Position numbers and translations under genes: made by a program
Source: Eledone cirrhosa
Taxonomy: Eukaryota
DNA: 64,000 bases
NCBI GenBank assembly: GCA_964016885.1
Contig: OZ024745.1
Coordinates: forward strand, 131,688,001 to 131,752,000
Reading direction: 5' to 3'
Shown here: positions 23,719-36,708 of the stretch, piece after piece
Layout: every line of letters starts with the position of its first letter
How positions within the stretch are numbered: the first letter of the stretch is position 1
Notes under the pieces: model-generated
Database searches by the model: none
What the model saw: the letters and a program-made list of their open reading frames with translations, nothing else
What the model was told of the DNA's origin: nothing

Positions 23719-23830
23719 ATTGAACGTCTGAAAGTATATACTTCCCTTATGCATATTAACGGCTGAGCAGCCTAATTTGCATATCGAGTGAGTTAATCGG
23801 CTGATCTAGGATTCAGCCAATTGTAAGGTA

Positions 23831-24174
23831 CTCTCGGGTTCCAAATAATAGGGAGTAGGGGTGTTGGAATAAATGGAGGGGTGGGTGGTTGGGTGTAATA
23901 AACAGTAGGTGGGTGGAATAAGGGGGAGTTGCAAATTTGGTAATTTTTCTAGGATGTCCCCGTTGATATTTTAAAACCTAGAATTAGTTATTTAGTTTAC
24001 ATATTGAGACCCTAACCTATCCTTTTTATTTTATAATGTATGAGATTTCTAGTAATGTACTTTTTTGTCATGTATGTTTTTTAATGTCTAAAGAAAATTT
24101 AAATAAAATTTCACCAGGGATAGAGTAGCAAAATTTAACAAGTGGGGGAGGGGGCATTATTCGTGATCCGAGAA
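23831..24174 (+). mobile_element. MITE with imperfect TIRs and TA TSD
   Basis: ta|CTCTCGGGTTCCAAATAAT...ATTATTCGTGATCCGAGAA|ta. Confidence 0.75.
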
Positions 24175-25245
24175 TAAGTAAAAAGTAAACGACACAATAC
24201 ATTGAAGAAATATATTAGTAACAGGAAAGCATTTTGAGCACTAATCCTTCACCAGAAGATAGAATTAGGAAGAAAAAGATAAAATAGAAAGATAAAGAGT
24301 GAGAAAAGGAAAGAAGATAAAAAAAAAAAAATTAGAAAAAACCAGACAAATGTTTTCAGTCAGCCATTTTCGGTAAAACTTTTGATATTAACCTTCCCCA
24401 AACTGTCTCTGATCCTATGAAACAATCCATTTTAAACAGTTCCTACTTAAATTAAAACTTTCAAACCTAATTTAATTTAAGAACATTTTGTTATGTTACA
24501 AGTACCATATTAATGAACTTATAATTTTAGTAAATCCTTCCAAAATTCTTCACCAATTAAGTAAAATTCAAAATATTTCGTTAGAAATAGGGTAATGAAA
24601 GGGTTAATGCAATACTTAAAGTAGGGATATTTAACTCTTTTACTATCATATTTCTAACGTGAGATATTAATTTTGAAATAATTTTGAAAATAATTGTTTC
24701 TACTTTAGGCACAAGGCCAGCAATTACCCAGTGCATTACTGGTACTTTATTTTATCGACCCCGTAAGGATGAAAGGCAAAGTCAACCTCGGCGGGATTTT
24801 GAAAATAATGAAGACTTTGGAGAGATTTAGTGTAGAGAATCAGACATTAAATTAGCAGACCACATCTGAAAAACCACAAGAAGTTGTGTTTTCACTATAA
24901 GTGATGCTACAAAGCAAGGAATTGGAAACCAGAGAATTCAATTAGAAAATTCAATCAAGAAGGAAAAAATCTGTCATTCTCAAGTTGATGCAGAGAATAA
25001 GGGTGGGTGATTGGTAGAATCAGTAGAACGTTGAACAACATGCTTTACGGCATAGAGTTATGGCCCTTTAACGTTCTAAGTTCAAATTCTGCTGAGGTTA
25101 ACTTTGCCTTTCACCCTTACGAGGTCGATAAAATAAAGTACCAGTAATGCACTGGGGTAGATTTAATGGACTTTGTCCTCCACCTAAAACATGTAAATGT
25201 TTGTGACTGTGTGTGTGTGTGTGTGTGCATGTCAGTGTATCAGTG

Positions 25246-25287
<42 letters not shown>

Positions 25288-25380
25288 GTGGGAGGGAGGT
25301 TCACTTCATCTTCTGTGGTTGTTAACCTATCTCCAGCTGTTTTGATGCTAAAGTATAGATCTCACAGTTCTAAATAGCAG

Positions 25381-26825
25381 TGTGGTGGTGATAGTGGTGG
25401 TGGTGGTGGTAGTGGTGGTGATAGTGGTGGTGATAGTGGTGGTGGTGGTGGTAGTGGTGGTGATAGTGGTGGTGATAGTGGTGGTGGTGGTGGGGTGGTG
25501 GTGGTGGTGGTGGTGTGGTGGTGGTGGTGGTGATGGGGTGGTGGTGGTAGTGGTGGTGGTGGTGGTGGGGTGGTGGTGGTGGTGGTGGTGATGGTGGTGG
25601 TGATGGGGTGGTGGTGGTGTGGTGGTGGTGGTGGTGGTGATGATGGGGTGGTGGTGGTGGTGGTGATAGTGGTGGTGGTGGTGGTAGTGGTGGTGATAGT
25701 GGTGGTGATAGTGGTGGTGGTGGTGGGGTGGTGGTGGTGGTGGTGGTGTGGTGGTGGTGGTGGTGGTGATGGGGTGGTGGTGGTAGTGGTGGTGGTGGTG
25801 GTGGGGTGGTGGTGGTGGTGGGGTGGTGGTGGTGGTGGTGGTGATGGTGGTGGTGATGGGGTGGTGGTGGTGTGGTGGTGGTGGTGGTGGTGATGATGGG
25901 GTGGTGGTGGTGGTGGTGGTGATAGTGGTGGTGATAGTGGTGGTCGTGGTGGTGGTGGTGGTGGTGGTGGTGATGGGGTGGTGGTGGTGGTGGTGGTAGT
26001 GGTGGTGGTGGTGGTGGTGTGGTGGTGGTGGTGATAGTGGTGGTGGTGATAGTGGTGGTGGTGGTGGTGGTGATGTGGTGGTGGTGGTGGTGGTGATGGG
26101 GTGGTGGTGGTGGTAGTGGTGGTGGTGGTAGTGGTGGTGGTGGTAGTGGTGGTGGTGATGGGGTGGTGGTGGTGGAGTGGGGTGATGGTGGTGGTGGTGT
26201 CGTGTGGTGTGGTGGTAACAGTGGTGGTTGTGATAGTGGTGGTGGTGGTGGGGTGTGATGGTGGTGGTGGTGGTGGTGTTAGTGGTGGTGGTGGTGGTGT
26301 TAGTGGTGGTGGTGGGGTGTGGTGGTGGTGGTGGTGGGGTGTGGTGATGGTGGTGATAGTGGTGGTGGTGTCGTGGTGACAGTGGTGGTTGTGATAGTGG
26401 TGGTGGTGGTGGGGTGTGATGGTGGTGGTGGTGTGGTGTGGTGTGGTGGTGACAGTGGTGGTTGTGATAGTGGTGGTGGTGGTGGGGTGTGATGGTGGTG
26501 GTGGTGGTGGTGTTAGTGGTGGTGGTGGTGGTGTTAGTGGTGGTGGTGGTGGTGGTGGTGGGGTGGTGATGGTGGTGGTGGTGGGGTGTGGTGGTGGTGG
26601 TGGTGGTGTGTGGTGATGGTGGTGATAGTGGTGGTGGTGTCGTGGTGACAGTGGTGGTTGTGATAGTGGTGGTGGTGGTGGGGTGTGATGGTGGTGGTGG
26701 TGTGGTGTGGTGTGGTGGTGATAGTGGTGGTAGTGGTGGTGGTGATAGTGGTGGTGGTGGAGGTGGTATTAGTGTGGTGTGGTGTGGAGGTATTGTTGTG
26801 GTAGTATTGTTGTGGTGTGGTGGTA
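25381..26825. repeat. About 1.45-kb degenerate (GGT)n microsatellite
   Basis: Direct reading; source of the poly-His/Thr/Pro/Val ORFs. Confidence 0.97.
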
Positions 26826-26827
26826 TT

Positions 26828-26874
<47 letters not shown>

Positions 26875-27412
26875 ACACATATATAAAATAGTTCAGGTGA
26901 GTTCATATAAATGCTAAGGCATCTCCATAGAACTTAAAACAATTTTTGTTAATTTATTAACAAACAAAAATTGGAACTGACTAAGATATAAAGCTGATAT
27001 ATTCACTGTCTGATTCTCTTAAAATATTTCAAAGGCAATATATGGCTGAGATTACTCAGTAATGTCACATATACATGAGAGGGAATATTAATATCTTTCA
27101 AAGTATATATATGTCATACATATTTCCATTTATTAGAAGAGCTCAATGCAAATGCAGAGCATAGATAGTACAATCTACTAACATAAAAATATATATCAAA
27201 ATCAATATGGATATTTTTATTTTAAGTTGAAAATTATTATTAAATAATTTATATTATATACATAAATATCATTACAAATTGCTGACATGTCTTTCAGAAT
27301 AACATTACAAATATAATGTTGTTGATAAACACAAATATAATACATTGAAACTCCAACGTTTGGCAACTGACAAAAAAAAAAAAATAAATAAACACCCACA
27401 AAAATATTAACC

Positions 27413-27768
27413 ATCTTGCCAACAACCCTGAGCACCTTTTTGATTTCCATGTGTCTGACACCCGTGGGCATGCCTACAAAGTCAGGAAACAGCGCAGCTC
27501 CCATGACTTTCGGAAACATTTTTCCATGCTCAGTGTTGCTGAAGCATGGAACAAACTACCTGCATCGGTTGTTAGCTGTCAGGACACTGCATCCTTCAAA
27601 ACTTCCTTGCTTCCCGAAATTCGCCAACACTACACCTGACATTCCCCCTCCACACACATACATGTCTGTGTGTGTATATCATGACTCATACACTTCACTT
27701 TCCTGACATGCACCTTTGATGAGTTGTAGTGCACCTGAGCACTGTACACAATAATTTCATTATTATTA
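27413..27768 (+). mobile_element. CR1-group LINE 3' end
   Basis: TRGHAYKVRKQ....FRKHF....AWNKLPASVV....SFK motif, then UTR and (ATT)n tail. Confidence 0.85.
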
Positions 27769-28386
27769 TTTTATTTCATTATTGCCAAGGTTAACTTTGC
27801 CTTTCATCCTTACGGGGTCGATAAAATAAAGTACCAGTAATGTACTGGGGATAATTGCTGGCCTTGTGCCAAAAGTAGAAACAATTATTATAAACACATA
27901 TAACAAGTACAACCAGCCATTGCCAGCAACCTCACTAAAACACATGACCAGAGCAAGAAAAAGAAAAAGAAAAAAAGGGGGAAATAAAAACAAAATAAAA
28001 AAGGACCATCAATTCAGCACCAAGCGTGACAACTGGCCACTCTGGAAGATAACTGGCCACTCTGGTCAATATATATATAACTTATCAGAGGAGAAGGCTT
28101 TTACACCAGTTCTCACAAGCATTACGTTTGATCCATATAAATAATTATAACTGAGAGTGACTGTAAAACTAAGAAAATCAGTTCAGGTGGTCCTGAATAA
28201 ACAACTTGGTATCTCTGTAAAACTAATTTTGTTTCATTTACTATCTAAAGAATATTTCACTGTATGATGAGTCAGACATTGACAAACCAGACATTTGGTT
28301 CAATATGTAAAGATCTATCCTTATTGATTTTTCACATGTAGATTTGAAAGCATTTATTTTGTGTTACTACAATGTACTATCGCATT

Positions 28387-28555
28387 GAGAGTGCATGGCT
28401 TATGGCTTAGAGCTCGATTCCTGGACGGAGTCATTTGTTGTGTTCTTGAGCAAAACACTTTATTTCATGTTGCTCCAGTTCACTCACCTGTACAGATGAG
28501 TTGTGATGACACTGGTGTCAAGCTGTATCGGCCATTGCCTTTCCCTTGTACAACA
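28387..28555 (+). mobile_element. CORE-type SINE 5' part; related 3' part at about 29256-29452
   Basis: tRNA-like head and tgtgttcttgagcaaaacacttt, as in the copy at 53420-53642. Confidence 0.65.
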
Positions 28556-28586
28556 ATATATATATATTTATAGTGTATATATAATA

Positions 28587-29233
28587 CTAGCTGAATTACC
28601 CGGCGTTGTCCGGGTTACTGCTGTTCTTATTCAGATTAGTAAACAATAAATATGAAGATATGTTTTTTTTTTTCTCACAACTATTTCAAAATATCTATAT
28701 TTTATAAAAAAAATATCAAAATTGTAATGATAATAGGATTTAGAAATGAAAATCTGTCAATCTTGAAGCACCTTAGGGTAAACAATATTCATTGTGTCTT
28801 TTTTTGTTGGTGTCCAAATGAATAAATTGTTGTTCATGCACATACATTCACACACATACACTCTCACATAAACTCACATACATATACTAAGACAGACGCA
28901 CACAGACATTCACGCAAACCTGTCTGATGTGTGTATGTGTTTAATTCTCTGAGGCCTAACGTATGTAACAAACTCGCAAACACACACACAGACACACACA
29001 CACTCACAGGCACACTCATATACAATGTGTCGTCACCATGGTGGTGGTTTACTATAGTTTACTATAGAAAGTGTATTTTAGATAAAATATTATATTTTTT
29101 TAATCCAAATGAAAATAAAAATTACATGTTGACACTCCCGGGGTAAAATTTGATTTGATTTGGTCCAGACCTTTGGGAATGCATAGGAACAGACAGACAA
29201 ACAGAGAGACAAAGAATTTTATATATAGAGAGA
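28587..29233 (-). mobile_element. Non-autonomous Helitron
   Basis: Minus strand starts A|TCTCTCTATATATAAAA and ends with the hairpin CCCGG-ACAACG-CCGGG then TAATTCAG-CTAG|T. A/T target, no TSD. Confidence 0.85.
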
Positions 29234-29480
29234 TATGTGTATATATATATAAATAGTGTGTAAATGAGTTGTGACATCACTGGTGCCAAGCTGTATCAAC
29301 CTTTTGACAACATTGGTGGCGTGGAGAGGAGAGACTGGTATACATGGGAGACTACTGGTCAAACAACCTTGCTCAGACTTGTGCCTCAGAGGAGAACTTT
29401 CTAGGTACAAATCCCATGGTCATTTATGACTGAAGGGGGCCTTTACCCTTTATTGTATTGAAGATATGCATAGTAATATA

Positions 29481-30080
29481 TACAAGGGAGTACTGAAGAG
29501 TTCCTGGTTTGGGGTAAAAGAAAATACAGGAGGATCAGTTAGTTATGATTTTATTCAACATATTCCCCTCTCAGATTCACACACTTATTGCAGTGGTCCT
29601 ACCTCCCCTGTAAAGGTAACAGCGGTCCTACCTCCCCTGTAAAGATAACAGCGGTCCTACTTCCCCTGTAAAGGTAACAGTGGTCCTACCTCCCCTGTAA
29701 AGGTAACAGCGGTCCTACCTCCCCTGTAAAGATAACAGTGGTCCTATCTCCCCTGTAAAGGTAACAGCGGTCCTACCTCCCCTGTAAAGGTAACAGTGGT
29801 CCTACCTCCCCTGTAAAGGCAACAGTGGTCCTACTTCCCCTGTAAAGATAACAGCGGTCCTACCTCCCCTGTAAAGATAACAGTGGTCCTACTTCCCCTG
29901 TAAAGGTAACAGTGGTCCTATCTCCCCTGTAAAGGTAACAGCGGTCCTATCTCCCCTGTAAAGGTAACAGCGGTCCTATCTCCCCTGTAAAGGTAACAGC
30001 AGTCCTACTTCCCCTGTAAAGGTAACAGCGGTCCTACCTCCCCTGTAAAGGTACAGCTCCACCTTTTCAGCATCTTTCAT
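29481..30080 (+). mobile_element. Mariner-like deletion derivative enclosing a minisatellite
   Basis: Left end TACAAGGGAGTACTGAAGAGTTCC; right end cttttcagcatctttcata resembles its reverse complement. Confidence 0.55.
29591..30053. repeat. 29-bp minisatellite, about 16 copies
   Basis: Unit cagcggtcctacctcccctgtaaaggtaa. Confidence 0.97.
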
Positions 30081-30824
30081 ACTGAAGAGTACTTTCGAAT
30101 AATATTAATTTCTAATTTAGGAACAAGGCCAGCAAATTTGAGTGAAGGGTAAAGTTGACTAAATCAACCTCAGTACTTGACTGGTACTTTATTTTATTGA
30201 CCCCAAAAGTATCAAAGGCAAAGTTGATTGTGACAGGGTTGGAACTCAGAATGTAAAGAGCCAGAACAAATAGCACAATGACATTTTATCCGACCAACAT
30301 TCTACCAATTCTACCAATCCACCAGCCTTACATTCTGATATTGATAACCGCATGTATGCTGATCAAACTTTGTTGTCATAAGTAAAACTTTTGAGGTAGA
30401 TCCCAAGCAAAATCAACTGGCAGGAGACCCAGGGGTAGATCCCAAGCAAGATGGTTGGATATCACCCATGAGCTTGGGATGGTCTCACTTGAGGATCTAG
30501 CCGGATCAGTTGGAGATGGTTCCTTCAGACAGGGCCCACTGGAAGGAGTGTTTGAGGACTCAGCTCCCAAGAGTAAGTGAGAGAAGAAGAAGAAATGTAT
30601 GCCCATAGTTGGAACATACTTGATCATAGATCTAGAAGATCAAGTGTGAGGCAGAACAACACTCCATGTAACATCAAGAAAGAGAGCAAGTTAAAGAGTT
30701 TTGATGTTGTTGCCAACAGACTTAACCCTTTCATCACCACATTTTTAATGAAATACACTCTATTTTAATTAATTAATGAAGAATTTCAAGGGATTTACTA
30801 AAGTTATTAACTTGACCTTCTCAG

Positions 30825-31067
30825 GAAGAAGAAGATGAAGAAGAAGAAAAAGAAGAAGAAAAAAAAGAAAAAGAAGAAGGGGGAGGAGGAGGAGTAGGAG
30901 GAGAAGAAGAAGAAGAAGGCAAAGAAGAAAAAGAAGAAGAAAAAGAGAAGAAGAAGAAGAAGAAGAAGAAGAAGAAGAAGAAGAAGAAGAAGAAGAAGAA
31001 GAAGAAGAAGAAGAAGAAAAAGAAGAAGAAGAAGAAGGCAAAGAAGAAGAAGGCGAAGAAGAAGAAG
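30825..31067. repeat. (AAG)n polypurine microsatellite
   Basis: Direct reading. Confidence 0.95.
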
Positions 31068-31342
31068 ATATGTTCTCTACTGCTAATCCCCACAATGAAC
31101 CCGACCAAATATTTGACCCAGATTAAGACAACCATACTAATTTGGTAGATATTGCTAGCAATATTTTTACATTACTAAATTATACTAATTACACTGTTTC
31201 TCTATTGGCCATGGACGTGGATACTGAAGTAATTTGATTAACACACACACACACATGTATATATACACACACATATATATATACACACACACACATATAT
31301 ATATACACACACACATATATATATACACACACACACATATAT

Positions 31343-31381
<39 letters not shown>

Positions 31382-31402
31382 CACACACATGCATATATAG
31401 AT

Positions 31403-31447
<45 letters not shown>

Positions 31448-31764
31448 ACAGACAGATAGGTTCTACCCCCTACCCCCTCTCTACACCAAGCTGCCATTGT
31501 TTTCACTAACAATCAATACAATTTATATTCTTCATTATTGTACGTCTTATAATCTCCTTTATTTTCCATAGCAGAAAAATTGATTATCACAAATAAAGCT
31601 GTGATTTCGTTTGTTGAAGGGGTGGAGGGTGGGGCGGGGTGGGGAGGGGTGTATTGATGTCATCCTTATTGTTGCTGTTGTTTTTAGATTATAGATTAAA
31701 AAAAAATAAAATCAACCACAAACTTATTTTTACCTTTTTACTCAGAGAAGTCTAATAATAATAA

Positions 31765-31952
31765 TAATAATTGTTTCTACGTTAGGCACAAGGCCAGCAA
31801 TTACCCAGTGTATTACTGGTACTTTATTTTATCGACCTCGTAAGGATGAAAGGCAAAGTTAACCTCGGCGGGATTTGAACTCAGAACGTAAAGGGCCGTA
31901 ACTCTATGCGTCAAAGCATGGCGTCTGACCCTCTACCAATACTGCCAATCCA
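31765..31952 (-). mobile_element. tRNA-derived SINE, nearly full length
   Basis: Reverse complement of the 14801-14990 family. Other copies at about 20545, 24691, 25001, 27783, 30105, 45780, 49108, 58121, 60131 and 63520. Confidence 0.9.
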
Positions 31953-33421
31953 AATAATAATGATAATGATAATGATAATGATGATGATGATGATAATGAT
32001 GATAATGATGATGATGGTAATGATTGTGATGATGATTATGGTGATGATGATTATGATGGTGATGATGAAGAGGTGGAGGATGACAACAATGCTGATTTCT
32101 AACAATGGTAAATGGTGATAATGATGATGATGATGTTAACACACACATACATACAATATATATACATATTGTATATTTATATATATATATATATATATAT
32201 ACAATGTGTGTATATATATATACATGTATATATATAGCATCAACAACATACATATACATACACACACACATATATATATATAGATGTATATATATATATA
32301 TATATGTGTATATATAGCATCAAGAACAAGGGTTAACGAACTATGTTGACAAATAAAACAAAGAAAGCCATGTTTGTTTTGCTATCAAAAAAGAGATGAA
32401 ATATTGTTGTTCCACTGCTACTACCTAATCTATACCTAATCTATACATAATCTATTTTCAGGGATAATACCAATGATTTACTGTTGGCTACAAGAATTAT
32501 CATAACAAAAATTTCCCCCAAATTAGCTGAATTATGTATTTTCTGTTTTTTTTTTTTTTGCCATCGTTAAAGCTAGTGAGGCTTTCCATTTTATTTTCAT
32601 ATTTTTGTATGAAGAAGAAAACAAAAATTTATTTTAATATAGCTATCATTTCTGTTTCTTTTTCATTGTTGTTATTTTTGGTGGTGGTTGTGGTGGTAAG
32701 GTTGTTATTTTTATCTTTTGTCATTGACAATGAATCTTATTATAGAAACTGGGCTATTCCAAATGTCAGAATAACCCCTAAAATATAGCAATACCCTGCT
32801 TAGCACTACCCCCATTTAATGTTGATTTGTGATAGCACTCTTTTCAAGTTGGATCACATTCCATTATTATATGATTTGTACACTAACATGTAAGAAACTG
32901 TGGTTCCCAGTCATCTCTACTCCTCAATATAATGGAGAGTTGTTTACAGAATTGTTTATTCTGTGTACTAAAGTTCATGAAAGCTGCAGCAACAGAGTGA
33001 ATGTAAAACTGCAAGCGTTAAGTTGTCAGACATGAAGAAAGCTGTCAGATATTAAGCACAAGTGGGTATTTCTTTAACCCTTTCATGACCACATTTCTAA
33101 TGAAATAACTTCCTTCCTTCTCATCCCGTCCTTATATCTGAGGGTCAGGGGTCTCAGACCAGCACTCTCCATCTTTTCCTGTCTCTTGCTGTACATTCCA
33201 CCAAACTCCTTTCTGTGTATTACTTAATGTCATATGTCGATCTCTTTTTCTGCCATCCCCTGGCTCTTTTCCCCTGTATTCGTCCCTCAAGGATGTGGCT
33301 AGTCAAATTTTGGGCCCTGATGACATAAAAATACTGAAGTTTCCTTTTCCTTACTGTTTCAACCAATGAAATACACTCTATTTTAATTAATTAATGAAGA
33401 ATGTGTGCATGTGCGTGTGTA

Positions 33422-33467
<46 letters not shown>

Positions 33468-33491
33468 GTGTTTGTTTAGTCTCATTTGTTC

Positions 33492-33573
<82 letters not shown>

Positions 33574-33618
33574 ATATACACATATATATATATATACACA
33601 TATATATAGAGAGAAAAT

Positions 33619-33746
33619 TAGTTCAACACCAGTTAATTCACCATTTTTCGAGAACAATTTGTTTCTCCGTAGACGGATCATCAGCTCAATGATCCGTTGT
33701 TGTCGGAATTGTTGTTGGAAATGGTGAATTAACTGTTGTGGAACTA
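33619..33746. repeat. Fold-back inverted repeat between (TA)n tracts
   Basis: tagttcaacaccagttaattcaccattt pairs with aaatggtgaattaactgttgtggaacta; inner pair acggatcat/atgatccgt. Confidence 0.9.
33648..33689 (-). ncRNA. Minimal type I hammerhead ribozyme motif
   Basis: Minus strand: TTGAG-CTGATGA-TCCG-TCTA-CGGA-GAAA-CAAATTG-TT-CTCGA. Confidence 0.8.
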
Positions 33747-33848
33747 CTTCTACCAAACTTGTCTCCCATGGACTGAGTGCTCTACTACTACGGATATAAC
33801 GCATCAGTGTTCTACTATTCTATGTATGTATATATATATATATATATA

Positions 33849-34327
33849 TCCGACCTCACACACTTACACCTCTCCAAGACAATGTCACTGGACCGAGATC
33901 TTTGGCGCTACGCAGTAATACGGAAGACTCGCCTTGCCTAAGTACAAAGTGAAACCTACAGTCAGTAGGCACCTCTTAACCAAAATACACCCCCGTCCCA
34001 CTACCCCCACCACCATCTACACCATCCCTTTTGATGTAAAGTTATGTTGGTACCACAACATCCAGACCAAAATAAATGAGGTTGTGTAGGTGTCACGACA
34101 AAAAACACACAGTCCACGCTATAATGTGGCCGTGTAGGTAACACGGTAAAAACCTCCCAGTTCCACACTGTAAATGTGGTTGGTGTTAGGAAGGGCATCC
34201 AGCCATAGAAAACCCACCAGGCAGTCCCGAGCAAGACAACCAATCTTGCCTCAAGTGGGACAATTCCCATCCAGACCCATGCTAGCGTGGAAGATGGACG
34301 TTAAACGATGATGATGATGATGATGAT
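33849..34327 (+). mobile_element. Short 5'-truncated copy of the RTE at 13121-14413
   Basis: Closely similar to 13931-14413; (TA)n on both sides and a (GAT)n tail. Confidence 0.92.
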
Positions 34328-36708
34328 ATATATATATTCTTTTACTCTTTTACCTGTTCCAACCATCCGGCTGAGGCCATGCTGGGGCACCGCCCTATAC
34401 ATATATTATATATAAATCCATTTGACAACAAATCTCTTAAGGCTGCCTCTATTTCTTTGGATAGAAAACTGCTTGTTTTAAAGCAGTCTTTCTTAAACTT
34501 TTCTTTCTCCCATTTACCAGTTCACTACCTTTATTCTAACCTGCCCACATATTATGCAACATACTGCAAAACATTAATTTAACATTAGTATCTTAAAAAT
34601 TAACATTAAGGAAAATATATTCAGTAACAAACAATGTGAATGATTTGTTAACCTAAGAACAATTTCCACACTGAAATCAACAAATCCTCAGCCTGAATCT
34701 TGAAATTCTCCCACCAGGTTTAGAATCGTTGCTTTAAAATGTTCATAGGTAAATTAAAACCTATAATTACCTGTAAGGATCTTGTATTAAGCTGCCCCAA
34801 ATAAATGATTAATACAAAAAAGTTTTTTTTTTTTAAAATTACATCCCATGAAAAAATTGTTGGTTACATTCAAAATGAATTTAAACATAAATAGTATGTT
34901 TTATTTGAACTATGGTAATAAAAGGGTTAACAGAGATTATTAAATCCCCCCCTCTTTCCCGCTTAAGTCCCTCAGTCAATTTTGAGGATATTACCTAGCA
35001 GTGATTGGCAGGCAAATAACAGGATAAAGTGAGAATAACTTAAGATATGTAGTACATTTCAATAAACAACATAGAGAACGCAATAGACACACTGAATCAC
35101 AACAGATTGGTATTTTCTTCATTTTTATATTGTGTTCAAATCTTTGTCGAACCACAACTTCGAATATATTATATTATTGAAGAAACCTGTTAGACCTGAA
35201 GCAAGAGTACCAAATTGAAGCATGCTCTGACTCAATAGAATCGTGACTAAAATCTCAAATTCTCAAAGTGAAAGGGAAAGTGGAGTAAAATAGGAGAGAC
35301 AAAGAAATAGAAAAAAAAAGAAAGAGATAAAGAGTGGGGACAAAATGATTGAAAGAGAATGAAAACTAGAGAGGGAAGATATGCTGTGGAAAGTTGAACA
35401 CATATATTGCTTATTTCAGAAGTGATTGCTCATTTCAATCCACACTCCACAATTTTCTTACTTCCTCAATACTTTTGTTCAGTTTTATACTTAGTCTCTC
35501 CCTCCCCTCTCTCTTATTTATTCCCTCCCACATTACTTTTAGTGTACGTTCTTATATTTCTAAATCATATTCCTTTAACATATTTCCTTTAACTGCTACC
35601 ATAACAAGTATTTCACAGAAATATATAGAGGTCATTGACCACATTTCATGATTCCAGATTGGAAAAAGAAAACTAAGATTCTGTAAAAGAAAAAAAAATG
35701 TGAAGCAATAACATACACACACACACACCACACACATGTGTATATATATATATACACACACATATATATACATGTATGCATGTGTGTGTGTGAATGTATG
35801 TATGTATATATATATAACTGGAAAACATTATATAGACATAGTATTAGAAATAAATAGAAGTCTACACATCATGAGTTCTTTTGAATTCTTGAAAAGTTTT
35901 CTGAAGAGAAAAAAGAAATAAGACCAAACAAAAAATAATAAAAATGAATGTTCTATATAAAAATCACCTCCCAAGAATCTGAATGCCATATCTTATATAA
36001 ATCAAGTGAATACTGAAATCATTTTGTTCCATAAGAATTAATTATAAATCCATTTCTCCTCAACAAGCAAAAACTGCATATTTCTTTTGACTATCTTCTT
36101 ATTTCACTGTTTCTGTAAGGTATTTGAGTAGGTTTTTGTGTTTGGCTGGTGAAGTATAAGCAACAAAGATAGTTGTGTGCATTATCTGAGTCAGTAAATC
36201 TAGTGGGAAAAAGGAAAAAGTTTTTGTGCTATCTGAATGTACTTAGAGACAAAACCCTGGCACAATGCAGATGATGTAAACAAGCCATTGCAAATGGAAG
36301 AATTTCTGCTTTGGGATTTAGAGAAAATATATTGATTTTACAGAGGATTCACTCAATATGAAATTTAGCTTGCTTGCACCAATTAAATATTGAACCACAT
36401 ATGCCAGCTAACCAGTTCAATTTCACATAGCAGCTGATGAGGTTGAGAACACTGCTTGTACAAATATACTTGACAACAGGTTTAACTTATATATTAAAGT
36501 TGATGGAAAGCTTAAGGTGGTAGGGTCGAAGGAGAATCATAAAAGACCCAGGGTGTGTGTGAAGAAATGTGGAAGAAAGTAATTAGTATCAGACAGAGAA
36601 AGTTGCAAATAACCAAGACAATATTGTGTTGGTTCCCTAACCATAGTGTTGGGGCTTTTATCCTTTCGCCCCTTTCACTGGAGTCAAGATATGTTCATTC
36701 TAAATGGT

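Noticed and set aside
30620-30631. 12-nt minus-strand microexon candidate (IYDQ)
   Set aside because: Too short to distinguish from chance without RNA data.
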